From Octopus vulgaris (lineage: Eukaryota): a DNA stretch of 64,000 nucleotides. This document shows, one piece after another, positions 1-12,490 of this stretch (position 1 is the first letter of the stretch; every line of letters begins with the position of its first letter). The DNA lies in assembly GCA_951406725.2 (NCBI GenBank), contig OX597838.1, positions 16,120,001 through 16,184,000 on the forward strand, in the 5' to 3' direction. Below the pieces are notes generated by a model. That model worked only from the letters and a program-made list of their open reading frames with translations, was not told the DNA's origin and searched no databases. Both the position numbers and the translations under genes were made by a program.

Positions 1-410
1 CAGTGTCTGCTTTAGCATGGGTTGGACAGTTCGACCGGGGTCTGGGAAGCCAGGAGGCTACACCACGCTCCAGTCTGATCTGGCAGTGTTTCTACAGCTG
101 GATGCCCTTCCTAACGCCAACCACTCCGTGAGTGTAGTGGGTGCTTTTTACGTGCCACCGGCACAGGGGCCAGAAGAGGCTGGCAATGTCCACGATCGGT
201 TGGTGTAATTTATGTGCCACCAGCATGGGTACCACAACTACAATTTCCATTTGATTTTTATTTTGATGTTGATGTACTTGACTCAATAGATCTCCTCGAG
301 CTCAGCAGTCCGCCCTACAATCCAAGGTAAGCACAGCAGGCCGTCCTGTGAGCCATGAACTCACTTCATTTGTCGGGTCTTCACAGTCACAGCATATCTC
401 CAGAGGATTC
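1..410 (-). mobile_element. interspersed SINE/LINE-tail repeat, family A (TGGTTGGCGTTAGGAAGGGCATCCAGCTGTAG core, (GAT)n tail)
   Basis: Highly similar to many copies in this window: about 3534-3720, 7410-7610, 9293-9520, 19096-19272, 25495-25785, 28720-29032, 29177-29405, 36045-36250, 61918-62260 and 63270-63680. Boundaries approximate. Confidence 0.85.
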
Positions 411-857
411 GGTATATGGAAGCTAATGTCTATGTCATTTAATCACAATTAATATTAAAATCTCTCTCTCTCTCTCTATTTACCTCTCTATCTATCTATC
501 TAGCCATCCTTCCATCATCTATCTAACTATTTGTATATTTATATTTCTTCATATGTATGTTTGCCTCAAGGCTAATGTAGAATTATTATTATTATATATA
601 TATATGTATAATTAAACTAAACAAATTAGAGTTACACAACTAGCAAAATGATAAACTAGCTACTGAATAATCTGTGAGTTTCTGAATCAAAAATATCTTT
701 TTACTCTCCACCTGATATCTCTTCCAATGAATGTAAATTATGATTTTTGTTTTTGAAACTCTGAAAACTTAATTTTTGGCAATGGAACATTAAGAAACTA
801 TCGATGGTAGGAGATGGAGTAGACAGGGAACCTAATATTGTGTGCTGAGGTACTTAC

Positions 858-917
858 CACGGGCTAGCATTACCCGTTGAAGATCTCCATGCACCGAGAA
901 CCTCTTGGGGCGAGAAA
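858..917 (-). CDS. candidate alternative cassette exon of unc-104 (60 nt, phase 1-1)
   Basis: Acceptor atttttgttctgctag|, consensus donor G|gtaagt. Open in the frame left by the 3814 exon: (V)SRPKRFSVHGDLQRVMLAR. Confidence 0.65.
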
Positions 918-2602
918 CTAGCAGAACAAAAATGATTTTTTTTTCTCAGCAAAGAGAGAAAGTTCAGAAAAGTGAGAGGCAGGGAATGGATAGGAGGATG
1001 AGCTGGGGAAAGTGTGACAGGGAATGGAATAAACAGAGAGAGAGAGAGAGAGAGTTGGATTGGTGGAGGGAAGGAGACAAAAATATAAGGACAAAGGAAA
1101 GTGGAAAGTAAGACAGGTAAATATAGAGGAGGGTAAGAAAGAAAAGGTAAAAAGGGGAAAAGTTAAGATTAAGAAATATGAGACAGAGAGAGGGAGAGAG
1201 AGCATGAAAGAGAGAGGCTTATCAAAGTTATGTTCTAAATCAAGGATTTTATTCATTTTGTGTGTGAGCTTTAAACCCTTCAAAGTTGGGGAACTTTAAC
1301 TCATCTTAATTGCCAAACCTTAATCAATTAGATTTGGTTAGAGTGTGCAAAAGTTAAACTTGCAAAATTTCAAAACAAACTCTTCTTTCATGAGTGTTGT
1401 TGTTAACTCAGCCAAAGAAGTGCTGCACTTTAGAGAAGAGAAATCAAGTTCAATTTCAGCTATAGCAATTGATATATCATTTAGATTTGTCTTTATCTTG
1501 TAGTCAGAAGGAAAAGCAGTTCTCATGATCCTTTATAGGGCTTGTGAGAAAGAGAGGGAAATTCCCCTCAAACCTGAGATCTGACTTGAATTCTTACAAC
1601 AGAGTATACTCTGCTAAAGGCACTCAAGGTGTTAACCACTCAAGGTGTTAACCATGTGACCACTCATGCAGGTCACAGCAGAATTTGAACTCAGAATGGA
1701 AAGAGCTGGAACAAATACCACAAGGCATTTGATTCGACATTCTTAGTTCCACCAATCTCTCAATCTGGATTGGTAATTCCTTTTTTTTTTTTTTTTATCA
1801 GACCCCGCAAAAAAATTAGAAGAGAAAAATGAGAAAAGAAAAATATGAAAGGCAAAGTTGATTTTATCAAAATGTGAACTCGGGTCACGCGGTGCCAAAA
1901 CAAAAGCTGCAAGACATTCCATCCAATGCTCTAATGACTCTGCCAATTCCACCACCCACAACTGATCACTTATCAAGTGAATACCTCAACTGATAAATGG
2001 AGGAACCCTTATTGATAAATGAGGCAAGGGCTGATATTTAATGTAACAATGCTTCGATGGTTGTGATTTGAAACTCAGAAACCTGCTTTCGCTTTTCAAT
2101 AAAAATATTCTTGCATCAATTGTTGTTACACATCGCTGGTCACAATGCACTTTGCATCATTTTAGTTTCCAAATGATGCCACCATGCCGCACCACTGGCT
2201 AGGTGAGCAGGCCAACATTCACTCTGATCAGAAGGTTACTCCATCGCAAGTTACCCATTTACAACTGAACAGACTGGAGCAATGTGAAATGAGGCGTCTT
2301 GCTCAACAACACAATGTGCTGCTTAGTCCAGAAATTGAACCCACAATCTATCAAGCATGGGTGCAACACCCTAACCACAAGGTCACTAGACACAGCAATT
2401 TGTAATGTAAGTGTAAATTTATCGAATAGTTCTGAACATTTAATACATTTACATTATTTGTAATGATTCTAACAACAAAAATGGAAGTGATGCTTGTTTT
2501 ACAAATAATGGTTATACAAAAGTGGAAAAGCTCTCAAAATGTAATACAGTGACCAGCCACAAGAAACACAAAAGAAAAAATAATAAAAAAAACACATGGA
2601 GA

Positions 2603-2827
2603 TATATATATATATATATAATTAAGAGAAATAACCTCTATTAAGCAATTCAATAGTGAAAGACATTATTTATATTATATAGAAAAAATTTAAATATACT
2701 GTAATAAATATTATTCAAAAAATAATATTTATTATAGCATATTTAAATTTTTTCTAATTAATATAGATAATGCCTTTCACTATTGAATTGCTTAATAGAG
2801 GTTATTTCTCTTAATTATATATATATT
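2603..2827. repeat. long inverted repeat (about 110-nt arms, 5-nt loop)
   Basis: aattaagagaaataacctctattaagcaattcaatagtgaaag... is mirrored by ...ctttcactattgaattgcttaatagaggttatttctcttaatt, centred on caaaa at about 2716-2720. Confidence 0.9.
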
Positions 2828-2910
2828 TATATATATATTGAAATTTGATTTAGAATTGCTAAATTGAATTTTTCCCAGTAAGTTTGGATGGAATTATATT
2901 CCCAACTATT

Positions 2911-2972
<62 letters not shown>

Positions 2973-3336
2973 AATTCACTTATGGTAACATTAAGGGATG
3001 CAATTAAGGCTCCTATTTCATTATGCCAGCTACTGTCTAATGATACTGACTAGTAAGTTAGTTTTTGGGGATTGTATCATGGTTACACTGATATAGTAAT
3101 AACAATAATTCTAGGATGAAGTTTATAAATATCTCATACATTGCTACATGCATTTTCCACAAATCACATGACTTTTACATAGTGATGTAAAAAATATTTA
3201 TAAATTCCATCCTAGAATTATTATCATATATAGATATACACACACACACAGATAAAAAAAAATATATATAAAAACAAGTGAGCAGACAAATGAAAGATAA
3301 GGGCACTCAACACATTTAGTAGGAGTTACATGAATC

Positions 3337-3512
3337 ATTTAAAACAGTTTTGTTCAGTTTCTGTGGTACTTCAAGTTTCACAGGCTCCTAATAGAGCTCA
3401 ACTTGTTCAGGTTTCTGGAATAACCAAATTGGTTATTCTAGAAGCCTGAAGAGTTGGAACTTGGAGTAGTGAAACCTGAAGTAGCACAGAAACCAAATCA
3501 AACTGTTCTAAA
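3337..3512. repeat. imperfect inverted repeat/hairpin
   Basis: ttcaggtttctggaataacca-aat-tggttattctagaagcctgaa at the centre; outer arms gtttctgtggtacttcaagtttcac / gtgaaacctgaagtagcacagaaac. Confidence 0.8.
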
Positions 3513-3813
3513 TAATATATATATATGTATATATCATCATCATCGTTTAACGTCCGTTCTCCATGCTAGCACGGGTTGGACGGTTTGACCAGGGATCTGG
3601 GAAGCCAGAAGGCTGCACCAGTTTCCAGTCTTATCTGGCAATGTTTCTACAGCTGGGTGCCCTTTCTAACGCCAACCACTCCGTGAGTGTAGTGGGTGCT
3701 TTTTACGTGCCACCCGCACAGATATATATATATTATATATTCACAGACAGCAGACAGAGAGATAGAACAAGAGAGAAATTATATCAGAAGAAATGAGACA
3801 AGTGATTATTTAC

Positions 3814-3920
3814 CTGGACTTCCAGAATTGTTGCAACGGCGTAAGAACAATTCATAAACACCACCTAGTCTGTTGGTGTCCTTGCGAGAATAACCTCCAG
3901 AAAATAGGTTACGCAGGGAT
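3814..3920 (-). CDS. unc-104: unc-104/KIF1A exon (107 nt)
   Basis: ttgttatttcag| ... CAG|gtaaat. Encodes [35 protein letters not shown](G). Confidence 0.96.
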
Positions 3921-4019
3921 CTGAAATAACAAAATCAACAAGAATATAAAATAAGTATTCTGGAATGGAACTTTACCCCAATAATCAGAGTTTGAAATAG
4001 GTTTAATTTAATCCTTTAA

Positions 4020-4240
4020 CCCTTTCGTTACCAACCCGGCTGAAACCGGTTCTGGCTCTGTAGTGCAAATGTCTTGTTTTCATACGTTTTGAATTAAAAT
4101 CTTCCACCAAACCTTAGTCACAATTTATGTTCCCAACACTAGGTGAATGAAAACTAAGTTATTTTACTAAATTCTTTGTTCTATTTAAATTAAATTGAAA
4201 GAAACACAGAACATCTCAAAATAAATATAGTAACAAAGGG
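4020..4240. mobile_element. piggyBac-type MITE, copy 1
   Basis: TTAA on both sides; TIRs CCCTTTCGTTAC...GTAACAAAGGG. Confidence 0.85.
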
Positions 4241-4321
4241 TTAAGGATATTCAAGTTTCAAGATTTTACTGGGTTGAACTTCAGGTATGACCATGTGGCC
4301 ATCTTTTCCAGTGGGCTTTAA

Positions 4322-4543
4322 CCCTTTTGTTACCAACCCGGCTGAAACCGGCTCTGGCTCTTTAGTATAAATGTCTTGTTTTCATACGTTTTGAATTAAA
4401 ATCTTCCACCAAACCTTAGTCACAATTTATGTTCCCAACACTAGGTGAATGAAAACTAAGTTATTTTACTAAATTCTTTGTTATATTTGAATTAAATTGA
4501 AAGAAACACAGAGCATCTCAAAATAAATACAGTAACGAAAGGG
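4322..4543. mobile_element. piggyBac-type MITE, copy 2
   Basis: TTAA on both sides; TIRs CCCTTTTGTTAC...GTAACGAAAGGG; near-identical to 4020-4240. Confidence 0.85.
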
Positions 4544-5378
4544 TTAATCCTTGACTCAGTATATAAACTATTGAAATTCAACATCAAGTTCAAAATTGAA
4601 GTCTTGTCTCATGTGGGACTCGTTTTAAGGATGTAAATGAATCAATTTAGTTTGCACATTTGCCCCAGGAACTGCACACTGGGATTTAACCTGAAACTAT
4701 GTGGTGTTGCAAAAGGAAGTAGTTAACTATACAATCATGCCTGCATCCACATAATCATCATCATCATTCTCTTTTTTATATCCCTGTTTCCATGCATGCA
4801 TGGATTGCATTTTTTTCCTTCTTTTTTTGGCATTTCAAAACAATATGATGGAAGAATTTGCAAGCAAGCGGTATCAACCATGGCAAGCAAACTATATGCC
4901 ATTGTATAACCAGTTATGAAGGTTGCAGGCAGTCGAACAAATCTTTCTTTATACATGTTTACCAATGGGCAAATTTAAGTTCCACATTGCAGGTTAGAAA
5001 AAGACATTTCTTGATTACTTTGTAGTCACACCATGGCAAGCTATATCTACTCTCCATTGTACTTACTATATTTGATTGTACATAAGATGCTTTTTTCCAA
5101 AAAAATAATGACTAAAAGAAAAACCACCCTGAGTCCTATATGCGGAGTTGGGACTTCTATGTGCTTTACTGCACTAAAACCTTGTGTCTAATGCACTGGC
5201 ACTGTGTCTAATGTGCCAGTGCACCATGCATGCCATTAATTACAGTATTTGAAGTTACATGGAATGATCTATTGAGAATTTTGTATCCGGGTCATAACAT
5301 CATATAGCATCAACAATGAGAGAATAAGAACCAGACTCACCAACCCTTTGCATGTTGAACCAAAACAAGTCTTTCAGA

Positions 5379-5642
5379 TAAGCCAGCAGTACCCTAGTAA
5401 CTCTCACACATAAGCCTGCAGTACCTTAATACTCTCTCAAGTAAGCCTGCAGTACCTTAATACTCTCTCAAGTAAGCCTGTAGTACCTTAACACTCTCTC
5501 AAGTAAGCATGTAGTACCTTAACAATCTCTCAAGTAAGCCTGCAGTACCTTAACTTTCTCTCAGGTAAACCAGCAGTACCCAAGCAACTTTTCAGGTAAG
5601 CCAGCAGTAGCCTAACAGTCTTGAAGTAAGCCAGTAGTACCC
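5379..5642. repeat. 31-bp minisatellite (about 8 copies)
   Basis: Unit taagcctgcagtaccttaatactctctcaag, degenerate at both ends. Confidence 0.9.
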
Positions 5643-5914
5643 AAACAATTTGTCTATTTTGAGGACCTTTAATCTTATCTTACTAAGAAACTGACGACCA
5701 CTCTAGTGTGATATCATGACAAAATATTCTGTTGCCCTCTGTAAAAATATCCAGTAGTAGAAACCTGGCCAAAATAAAACGTATGAGTTCCAGTCTATGG
5801 GTGTAATGGCTCCCAATAAGAATTGATTCAGACCATGATCCCTTATCCAACCCATTCCAGTTTGGAAAACAGATGCAAAAACCATTATCACCATCATCAT
5901 TATTATTATTATTA

Positions 5915-6408
5915 TTGAGTGAGAGAGTAGTGCATGCCATCAAAGTGACACTGGGGTAAAATATACGAAGCCCAGTATACCCATCATGACTACCCGTCTG
6001 ATAAGGGTACACCAGGCACATGCATCACAACCATATGAGCGTGACATGGTGATCTCATATTCAGATAAACAGCACATGACTTTGCAGGTGGGGCCCAGTT
6101 AGAATTTTCTTCTGGTCGAGTAACCCATCCTGCTCAAAAGGTCCCTGAACAAGGATTGTTTAAGGATGTTGAACAAAACACCCATGTTTCCAGAGGTGAT
6201 TTATTCAAACCCCAAAGAATCCCTCTCAACACATGGCTATGACGCTCCCCCACTACTTCCGCTCGTGATCAGAAATGTACATATTGTCAGCCACTAAGGG
6301 ACATGCTCAACTGGTTAAGGTCAAACAACTGACAAGCAAATCTGTGGTATTGAGCAGAATATTTGCTGTAGCTCATCTTTTATACCAAGACAAAACAATG
6401 TACATGAT
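5915..6408. mobile_element. unclassified interspersed element inserted in an (ATT)n tract
   Basis: About 490-nt complex, higher-GC block flanked on both sides by (ATT)n. Only one copy in this window, so the classification is inferred. Confidence 0.45.
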
Positions 6409-7311
6409 TATTATTATTATTATTATTATTGACTGTATCTGTAAATACTACAATCTGGAAGTGAGCTAACTGAAGAAGGCACAGCAATAAAGCTAAGGCT
6501 AATTTTATTTGATTGTAATAGCTGAAGCGAATACTAAAGGAAAGATAATTTAATGGTATTTTAAATTGCCTTAAATGGAATATATTTGCTTGTTCATCAC
6601 ATCATCATCATCATATTGTTCTGATCAAACCAAGGAAATTATGCTTCCATTGATTTTTCAGTTGCAAATACTATCTGATGACAGCAATTCCTAATGGTAG
6701 TGTTCTCTCTCTCTCTTTCTCTTTCAGTTGACTGGAGGCATCAGGATTTGAACTCAGAATGTTCAGAGCTACAATACATAGCACAAACTAACTAGTTAAC
6801 AACATTAAAAATTTTGCTAATCCTGAACTGGTAATTTTCATTTAAACCCTAAAGGATAAAAAGCATAGTTGACCCCTGGTAAGATTTAAAATCAGAGCGC
6901 AAAGAGCTGGAAAAAAATATGGCAAAGCATTTTGTTTGAGGCCCTAATGACTTTGCTAATTCAATAGTGTTAATGAAATTTGGTAAATGGAAACTGTATG
7001 GAAGCCTGTCAAATAGGTCAGGCTCAGCCTTATCCACATTAGTGTCATGCCGTTTTTCTGCTCAGAGATTACATTAAGGGTGTAAGTGTCAGTGGAATAC
7101 TCAGTCACTTATGCAATATAATACAATATATAGTTCCACTGACCAAAGAATTGGAACACTCTATGAAAACATCACCCTGATCAGAATTGCATACATACAT
7201 ACATGCTTGTTCATGATTTGGCCATAAAAAAAAATTAAGTCAAGCATTATAGAAACAATACTTACAGATTGAAACATCCAATACTGAAAATACAAGACAT
7301 GAAACTTATTG

Positions 7312-7342
<31 letters not shown>

Positions 7343-8110
7343 CATCATCATCATTACCATGACGTTAAATGAAATCAATTTTTGGTTTTTCCTCATGTTG
7401 ATTGTTGACCTCCCTTGGTGCCAGTGCCATGTAAAAAGCTATAAAATGGCTGGTGTCAAGAAGGGCATCCAAGCTTGGAAAACATGTCAAACCAGACATA
7501 TGGGGGCTTGGCACAGTCTTCTGGCTTACTGGTGCCTGTTGATCCATCCAACACATGCCAGCACGGAAAACGAATGTTAAATGATAACGATGATGATGAT
7601 GATGATGATGAGATATAAAGATCCCCAAGCACGGGCGTGGCTATGTCGTAAGAAGCTTGCTTCCCAACCACTTGCTTTTGGGTTCAGTCCCACTGCAAGG
7701 CACCTTGGGCAAGTGCCTCCTACTATGGCCTTTGGCTGACCAAAGCCTTGTGAGTGGATTTGGTAGACAGAAACTGAAAGAAGCCAGTTGTATATATATA
7801 TATATATATACACACACGTGTGTATGTGTGTGTGTTTGTCACCCTCAAAGTGCTGGCTGGATGTTAAAACACCTGAAAGTCATAGACAGGTGAAACAACT
7901 CACCCTAAATCCCATTCCAGAGTGATGGACATCAATGTTTTGCCCATTTTCGTAGCCTATCAACATCATGTAACTGAATCAAGTTGGAGGTGAACTGAAT
8001 CACCAGTCCAAGATTACAGAAAAATAGTGTGGGAGAGATAGATAGAGAGAAATAATGTGTGTGTTTACATTAGAAATGAGACACAAAATGGAGGGATGAG
8101 CACACATTAC

Positions 8111-8196
8111 CTTGGAGCAGTTAGTTTTCCGTCACGGGCATGGATAAGCAGACACAAGTCTTTCGTGATGTAGGCAGGCTGGGCACAATTATCAAC
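8111..8196 (-). CDS. unc-104: unc-104/KIF1A exon (86 nt)
   Basis: tatttcttcag| ... AG|gtaatg. Encodes VDNCAQPAYITKDLCLLIHARDGKLTAP(R). Confidence 0.96.
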
Positions 8197-8570
8197 CTGA
8201 AGAAATAATTAGAGGAATATCAGTAATTTCATTCACAAGAACTAAAACAACAAAAACATTAGAAGAAACTAAAAAGTAAAAAAAAGGCAATGTTGAGCTT
8301 TAAAAAAAAAAACATTGAAAGTAAAATTTTTCACAAATTTATGAAAAAAGACACTCCACCTGTGACTATCCCTATTTGTAGGTGTGTATATATACTATGT
8401 ATTTGTATATACAAATATATAGTATATATACACACATACAAATATACACCATATATGTATATATACATGTATACTGAATATACATACATATATACACATA
8501 TATACCCACATAAATACACATGTATACTCACATAAATACACATGTATACCCGCATAAATACACATTTATA

Positions 8571-8645
<75 letters not shown>

Positions 8646-8666
8646 TATAAACACATATATACTAAC

Positions 8667-8781
8667 CTCCAAATATGCAGATAATGTCATGAAGACTTTC
8701 TCTCCATAGGGAGTCACTCGGTTCAAAAGTGGAGAGTTGTGAAGGGAACTGTCCCAGGCAGCTTCAAACCGGAAAAATATC
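8667..8781 (-). CDS. unc-104: unc-104/KIF1A exon (115 nt)
   Basis: ttgtcttttag| ... GAG|gttagt. Encodes [38 protein letters not shown]. Confidence 0.98.
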
Positions 8782-9100
8782 CTAAAAGACAAAACAAAAA
8801 AAAAGACAAATGAATGATTATGAAGAAAAATTAGAGAGAAGGGTAACCTAAATGCTGCATGAAGATTAATACTAAATATCAAGTGAAAATTATGCAAAAT
8901 GTCACATGGAGATAGTGCATTTATGCCACATGAGAACATTGTGCATTTATGCAAAGAGGACTATACTAAATACACTGTCAAAATGCTACCACATGAGGCA
9001 GATGTTAAATGACAAAAAGAAAATGCTAAATGCCACATGAGGTCAATGTAATGCGGTGTATTATGTCCAGTACTAAGCTATTTCTGCTAACTTCCCAACT

Positions 9101-9537
9101 TTAACCCTTCAGCATTTAAACCAGCCATATCCGGCCCTGATAGTCTACATGTTTTATGTTCAAACTGACTGAATATCATACAATATCCTTAAAAAAATAT
9201 ACTATTACATCATTGAAATCTAGAAGCAGGAAGATAATGCATGGCTAATTCAAAACAATGTAGATAAATAAGCATTATGCTTTACAGAATAATCATCATC
9301 ATCATCATCGTTTAGAGTCCGCTTTCCATGCTAGCATGGGTTGGACGGTTCAACTGGGGTCTGGGAAGCCAGAAGGCTGCACCAGGCTCCAGTCTGATCT
9401 GGCAATGTTTCTACGGCTGGATGCCCTTCCTAACACCAACCACTCCGTGAGTGTAGTGGGTGCTTTTTACGTGCCACCGGCACAGGTACCAGATGAGGCA
9501 GGCAAATGGCCACGATCGGATGATGCTAAATGGTTAA
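9101..9537. mobile_element. TTAA-flanked (piggyBac-like) MITE interrupted by a family-A SINE (about 9293-9520)
   Basis: Starts ttaacccttcagcatt and ends atgctaaatggttaa; related copies at about 13573-13790, 15352-15575, 10020-10190 and 48165-48255. Confidence 0.7.
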
Positions 9538-9721
9538 TGCTGACAGATGGGAAACAGGAGGGAAAGAAAACAAACTGTATGCTGTAGATATGTTATTGTG
9601 TAGTGAAATGGAGAAAAAAAAAAAAAGGAAAACAATTAGCTGCAATGATTGATTCTGAGCAAGAAAACCAAGGGATACAACTCTGAAATTGAAATTTATT
9701 AAACATCTGATGTTCAGATTT

Positions 9722-10020
9722 CTCTCTATCCGCTCAGTCGAAGTCGACCCTCGGTCACTCGTTGGATCAGTGTCCTCCAGTCAGTTCTATCCTGGGCCGC
9801 TTCCTTCAGACTGGCCATGTCCATTCCGGTATCACTCCTGATGGTGTCAAGCCAGCGGGTTCTTGGTCGGCCTCTTCCTCTCTTGCCACTGACCATTCCT
9901 AGCATGATGTCCTTCTCCAGGGATTCTCTCCAAAATATGCCAATCTACGCTTGGTGATCCCAGCTGCTAGTGACATTTTCAGCCTTATCTGCTGAAGAAC
10001 TTCTCCATTGGTGAGCCTCT
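9722..10020 (-). mobile_element. RTE-clade LINE 3' fragment
   Basis: Minus strand encodes ...LEKDIMLGMVSGKRGRGRPRTRWLDTIRSDTGMDMASLKEAAQDRTDWRTLIQRVT..., a typical RTE/BovB ORF C-terminus. Confidence 0.9.
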
Positions 10021-10356
10021 GTCAAATGTAATGCTAATTTATCCACATTGTTTTCAATTAATCAGGTATTATCTTGTAGCTTTGAGAATTTTGATGGCAT
10101 GATTGTATATTTTTAGAATGATGTTTTAGGGTAGGCTCGAGAGGCTGAATCTGGGCAGTTTGAACATAAAACGAGTAGAACAGTAAAGTCTGATCTTTGG
10201 TATATGTGGCGACAACTATGAATATGTTTCAGTCTGATTAGACCTCTTCAGAGAAGCATAGTCTTAACATTATCAACCAGATCCTGGATGACTGAGAGAT
10301 ATGAAGACTTTTTTTTTTCATATGTAATGATATAAGCTTTCAAACATTAAACTTAC

Positions 10357-10462
10357 CTATCATCATTGGGTTGCTGTACATAGTGAGCAGGGAAGAGACT
10401 CAGAGACAGAACAGTATTCTCGCTGTCCACATCTCGATAATCCAGAGTATTTCTGATACGAC
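10357..10462 (-). CDS. unc-104: unc-104/KIF1A exon (106 nt)
   Basis: ttttgtcattgtag| ... AG|gtaagt. Encodes GRIRNTLDYRDVDSENTVLSLSLFPAHYVQQPNDD(R). Confidence 0.96.
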
Positions 10463-10744
10463 CTACAATGACAAAAATTACCATTTATTAGCACCATATT
10501 TGGCTTAAACACACAGACATACACAAAGACCACCACTCCACCCTACTCATAAACACACATACGTACAAATATATATTTACATGCACACATAAATATACAT
10601 ATGCATTACATTGTAAACATACACACACTGTAACCCCAGACACACATACTTACAACTTCTACACATCACATTTAAAACACCCAGATGCACTCAATATTCA
10701 CATCTACTAAATACTGTTTCCAAAAGGAAGAACACAGCACTTAC

Positions 10745-10896
10745 CAACTACAAGTTCCTTGATATCCCTCCATATCAAGTCTGGTCCTTTCTCGTGAACA
10801 ATGGTTATGGTGATACGTCTTTGTATACCCTGGTGGAGAAGGTAGGTGCCGGCACAGGGTAAGTCGTCAGAATGGTCTACAACTGTGGGTACGTAC
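10745..10896 (-). CDS. unc-104: unc-104/KIF1A exon (152 nt)
   Basis: ttttatcattag| ... G|gtaagt. Encodes [50 protein letters not shown]. Confidence 0.97.
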
Positions 10897-11012
10897 CTAA
10901 TGATAAAAACAGCCAAATATAAGATAGATGATGATGATGATGATGACGATGGTGATGATGATGATGGTGATGATCATCACACACACACACAAATCTTTTA
11001 TCTGTTAATCTT

Positions 11013-11315
11013 TTATCTGTTTCAGTCATTAAGACTGTGGCCATGCTGGGACACTGCCTCGAAGAATTTTTAGACAAATGTATTGATTACAGTACTTATT
11101 TTTCCTTAAAGCCTGGTGCTTATTCTGTCGGTCCCCTTAGCTGAACCGCTAAGTTACAGGGACACAAACACACCAACACCAGTTGTCAAGTGGTAGTGAA
11201 GGGACAAACATGGACACAAAAAACACATGTACATGTGTGTGTGAGTGAGAGAGAGACAGACAGACAGAGAGAGACAGACAGACAGAGAGAGACAGACAGA
11301 CAGAGAGAGACAGAC

Positions 11316-11366
<51 letters not shown>

Positions 11367-11525
11367 AGCTTCTTTCAATTTCCATCTATCAAATCCACTT
11401 ACAAGCTTTTGGTCAACCTGGGACTATAATAGAAGGCACTTGCCCAAGGGGTCACACAGTGGAACTGAACATGGGACCGTGTGGTCAGGAAGGTAAGTTT
11501 CCTACCATAAAACCATGCTTGTGCC
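11013..11525 (-). mobile_element. tRNA-derived SINE, family B (CCTTGGGCAAGTG core, internal microsatellite, purine-rich tail)
   Basis: Similar to copies at about 21500-21895, 23745-24152, 24977-25305, 42295-42645, 46852-47182, 47855-48160, 48431-48830 and 51335-51760. Confidence 0.85.
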
Positions 11526-11744
11526 TCTCTCTACACATTTTCAAACATTCCATCTGCTTTCCAATAATCTGATATTGTTATTATCATCTACTGGTTACTA
11601 CGTTAAAAAAAATGGTCATGTGTCTATGGCTAAAAACATAAATCAAGGTCAAGAGGTCATGATGAAATTAATGTCATGAGTGTAACAACATGAAATTAAT
11701 TTATTAAAACTGATGTGGTGATGGTTCCACATAGCACTGGGGAT

Positions 11745-12490
11745 GGTGCCACATAGAAAGCACTGATGACGGTGCCACATAGAAAGCACTGATGACGGTG
11801 CCACATAGAAAGCACTGATGACGGTGCCACATAGAAAGCACTGATGACGGTGCCACATAGAAAGCACTGATGACGGTGTCACATAGAAAGCACTGATGAC
11901 GGTGCCACATAGAAAGCACTGATGACGGCGCCACATAGAAAGCACTGATGACGGTGTCACATAGAAAGCACTGATGACAGTGCCACATACAAAGCACTGA
12001 TGACGGTGCCACATAGAAAGCACTGATGACGGCGCCACATAGAAAGCACTGATGACGGTGCCACATAGAAAGCACTGATGACGGTGCCACATAGAAAGCA
12101 CTGATGACGGTGCCACATAGAAAGCACTGATGACGGTGCCACATAGAAAGCACTGATGACGGTGTCACATAGAAAGCACTGATGACGGTGCCACATAGAA
12201 AGCACTGATGACGGCGCCACATAGAAAGCACTGATGACGGTGTCACATAGAAAGCACTGATGACGGTGTCACATAGAAAGCACTGATGACAGTGCCACAT
12301 ACAAAGCACTGATGATGGTGCCACATACAAAGCACTGATGATGGTGCCATGTAAAAAGTATTGGAAAGGTGCCATTTAAAAAGCACTGGGAATGTGTGTT
12401 GCATAATAAGTACTGGAAATGGTGCCATTTAAAAAGCACTAGTAATGGTGCCACATAAAAAGCACCGGTGATGGTGCCATGTAAAAAGCA
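11745..12490 (+). repeat. 26-bp minisatellite (about 23 near-perfect units plus a degenerate tail)
   Basis: Unit ggtgccacatagaaagcactgatgac from 11745 to about 12343; it degenerates into a family-A SINE body ending near 12645. Confidence 0.95.

Noticed and set aside
1338-1526. 62-aa protein-like ORF on the gene strand
   Set aside because: In-frame stop just upstream, no usable splice sites found and no kinesin similarity.
5990-6030. Hammerhead at ccgtCTGATAAG
   Set aside because: The core deviates from CUGANGA and no GAAA follows a stem II; the CTGATAAG near 28185 is similarly too degenerate to call.
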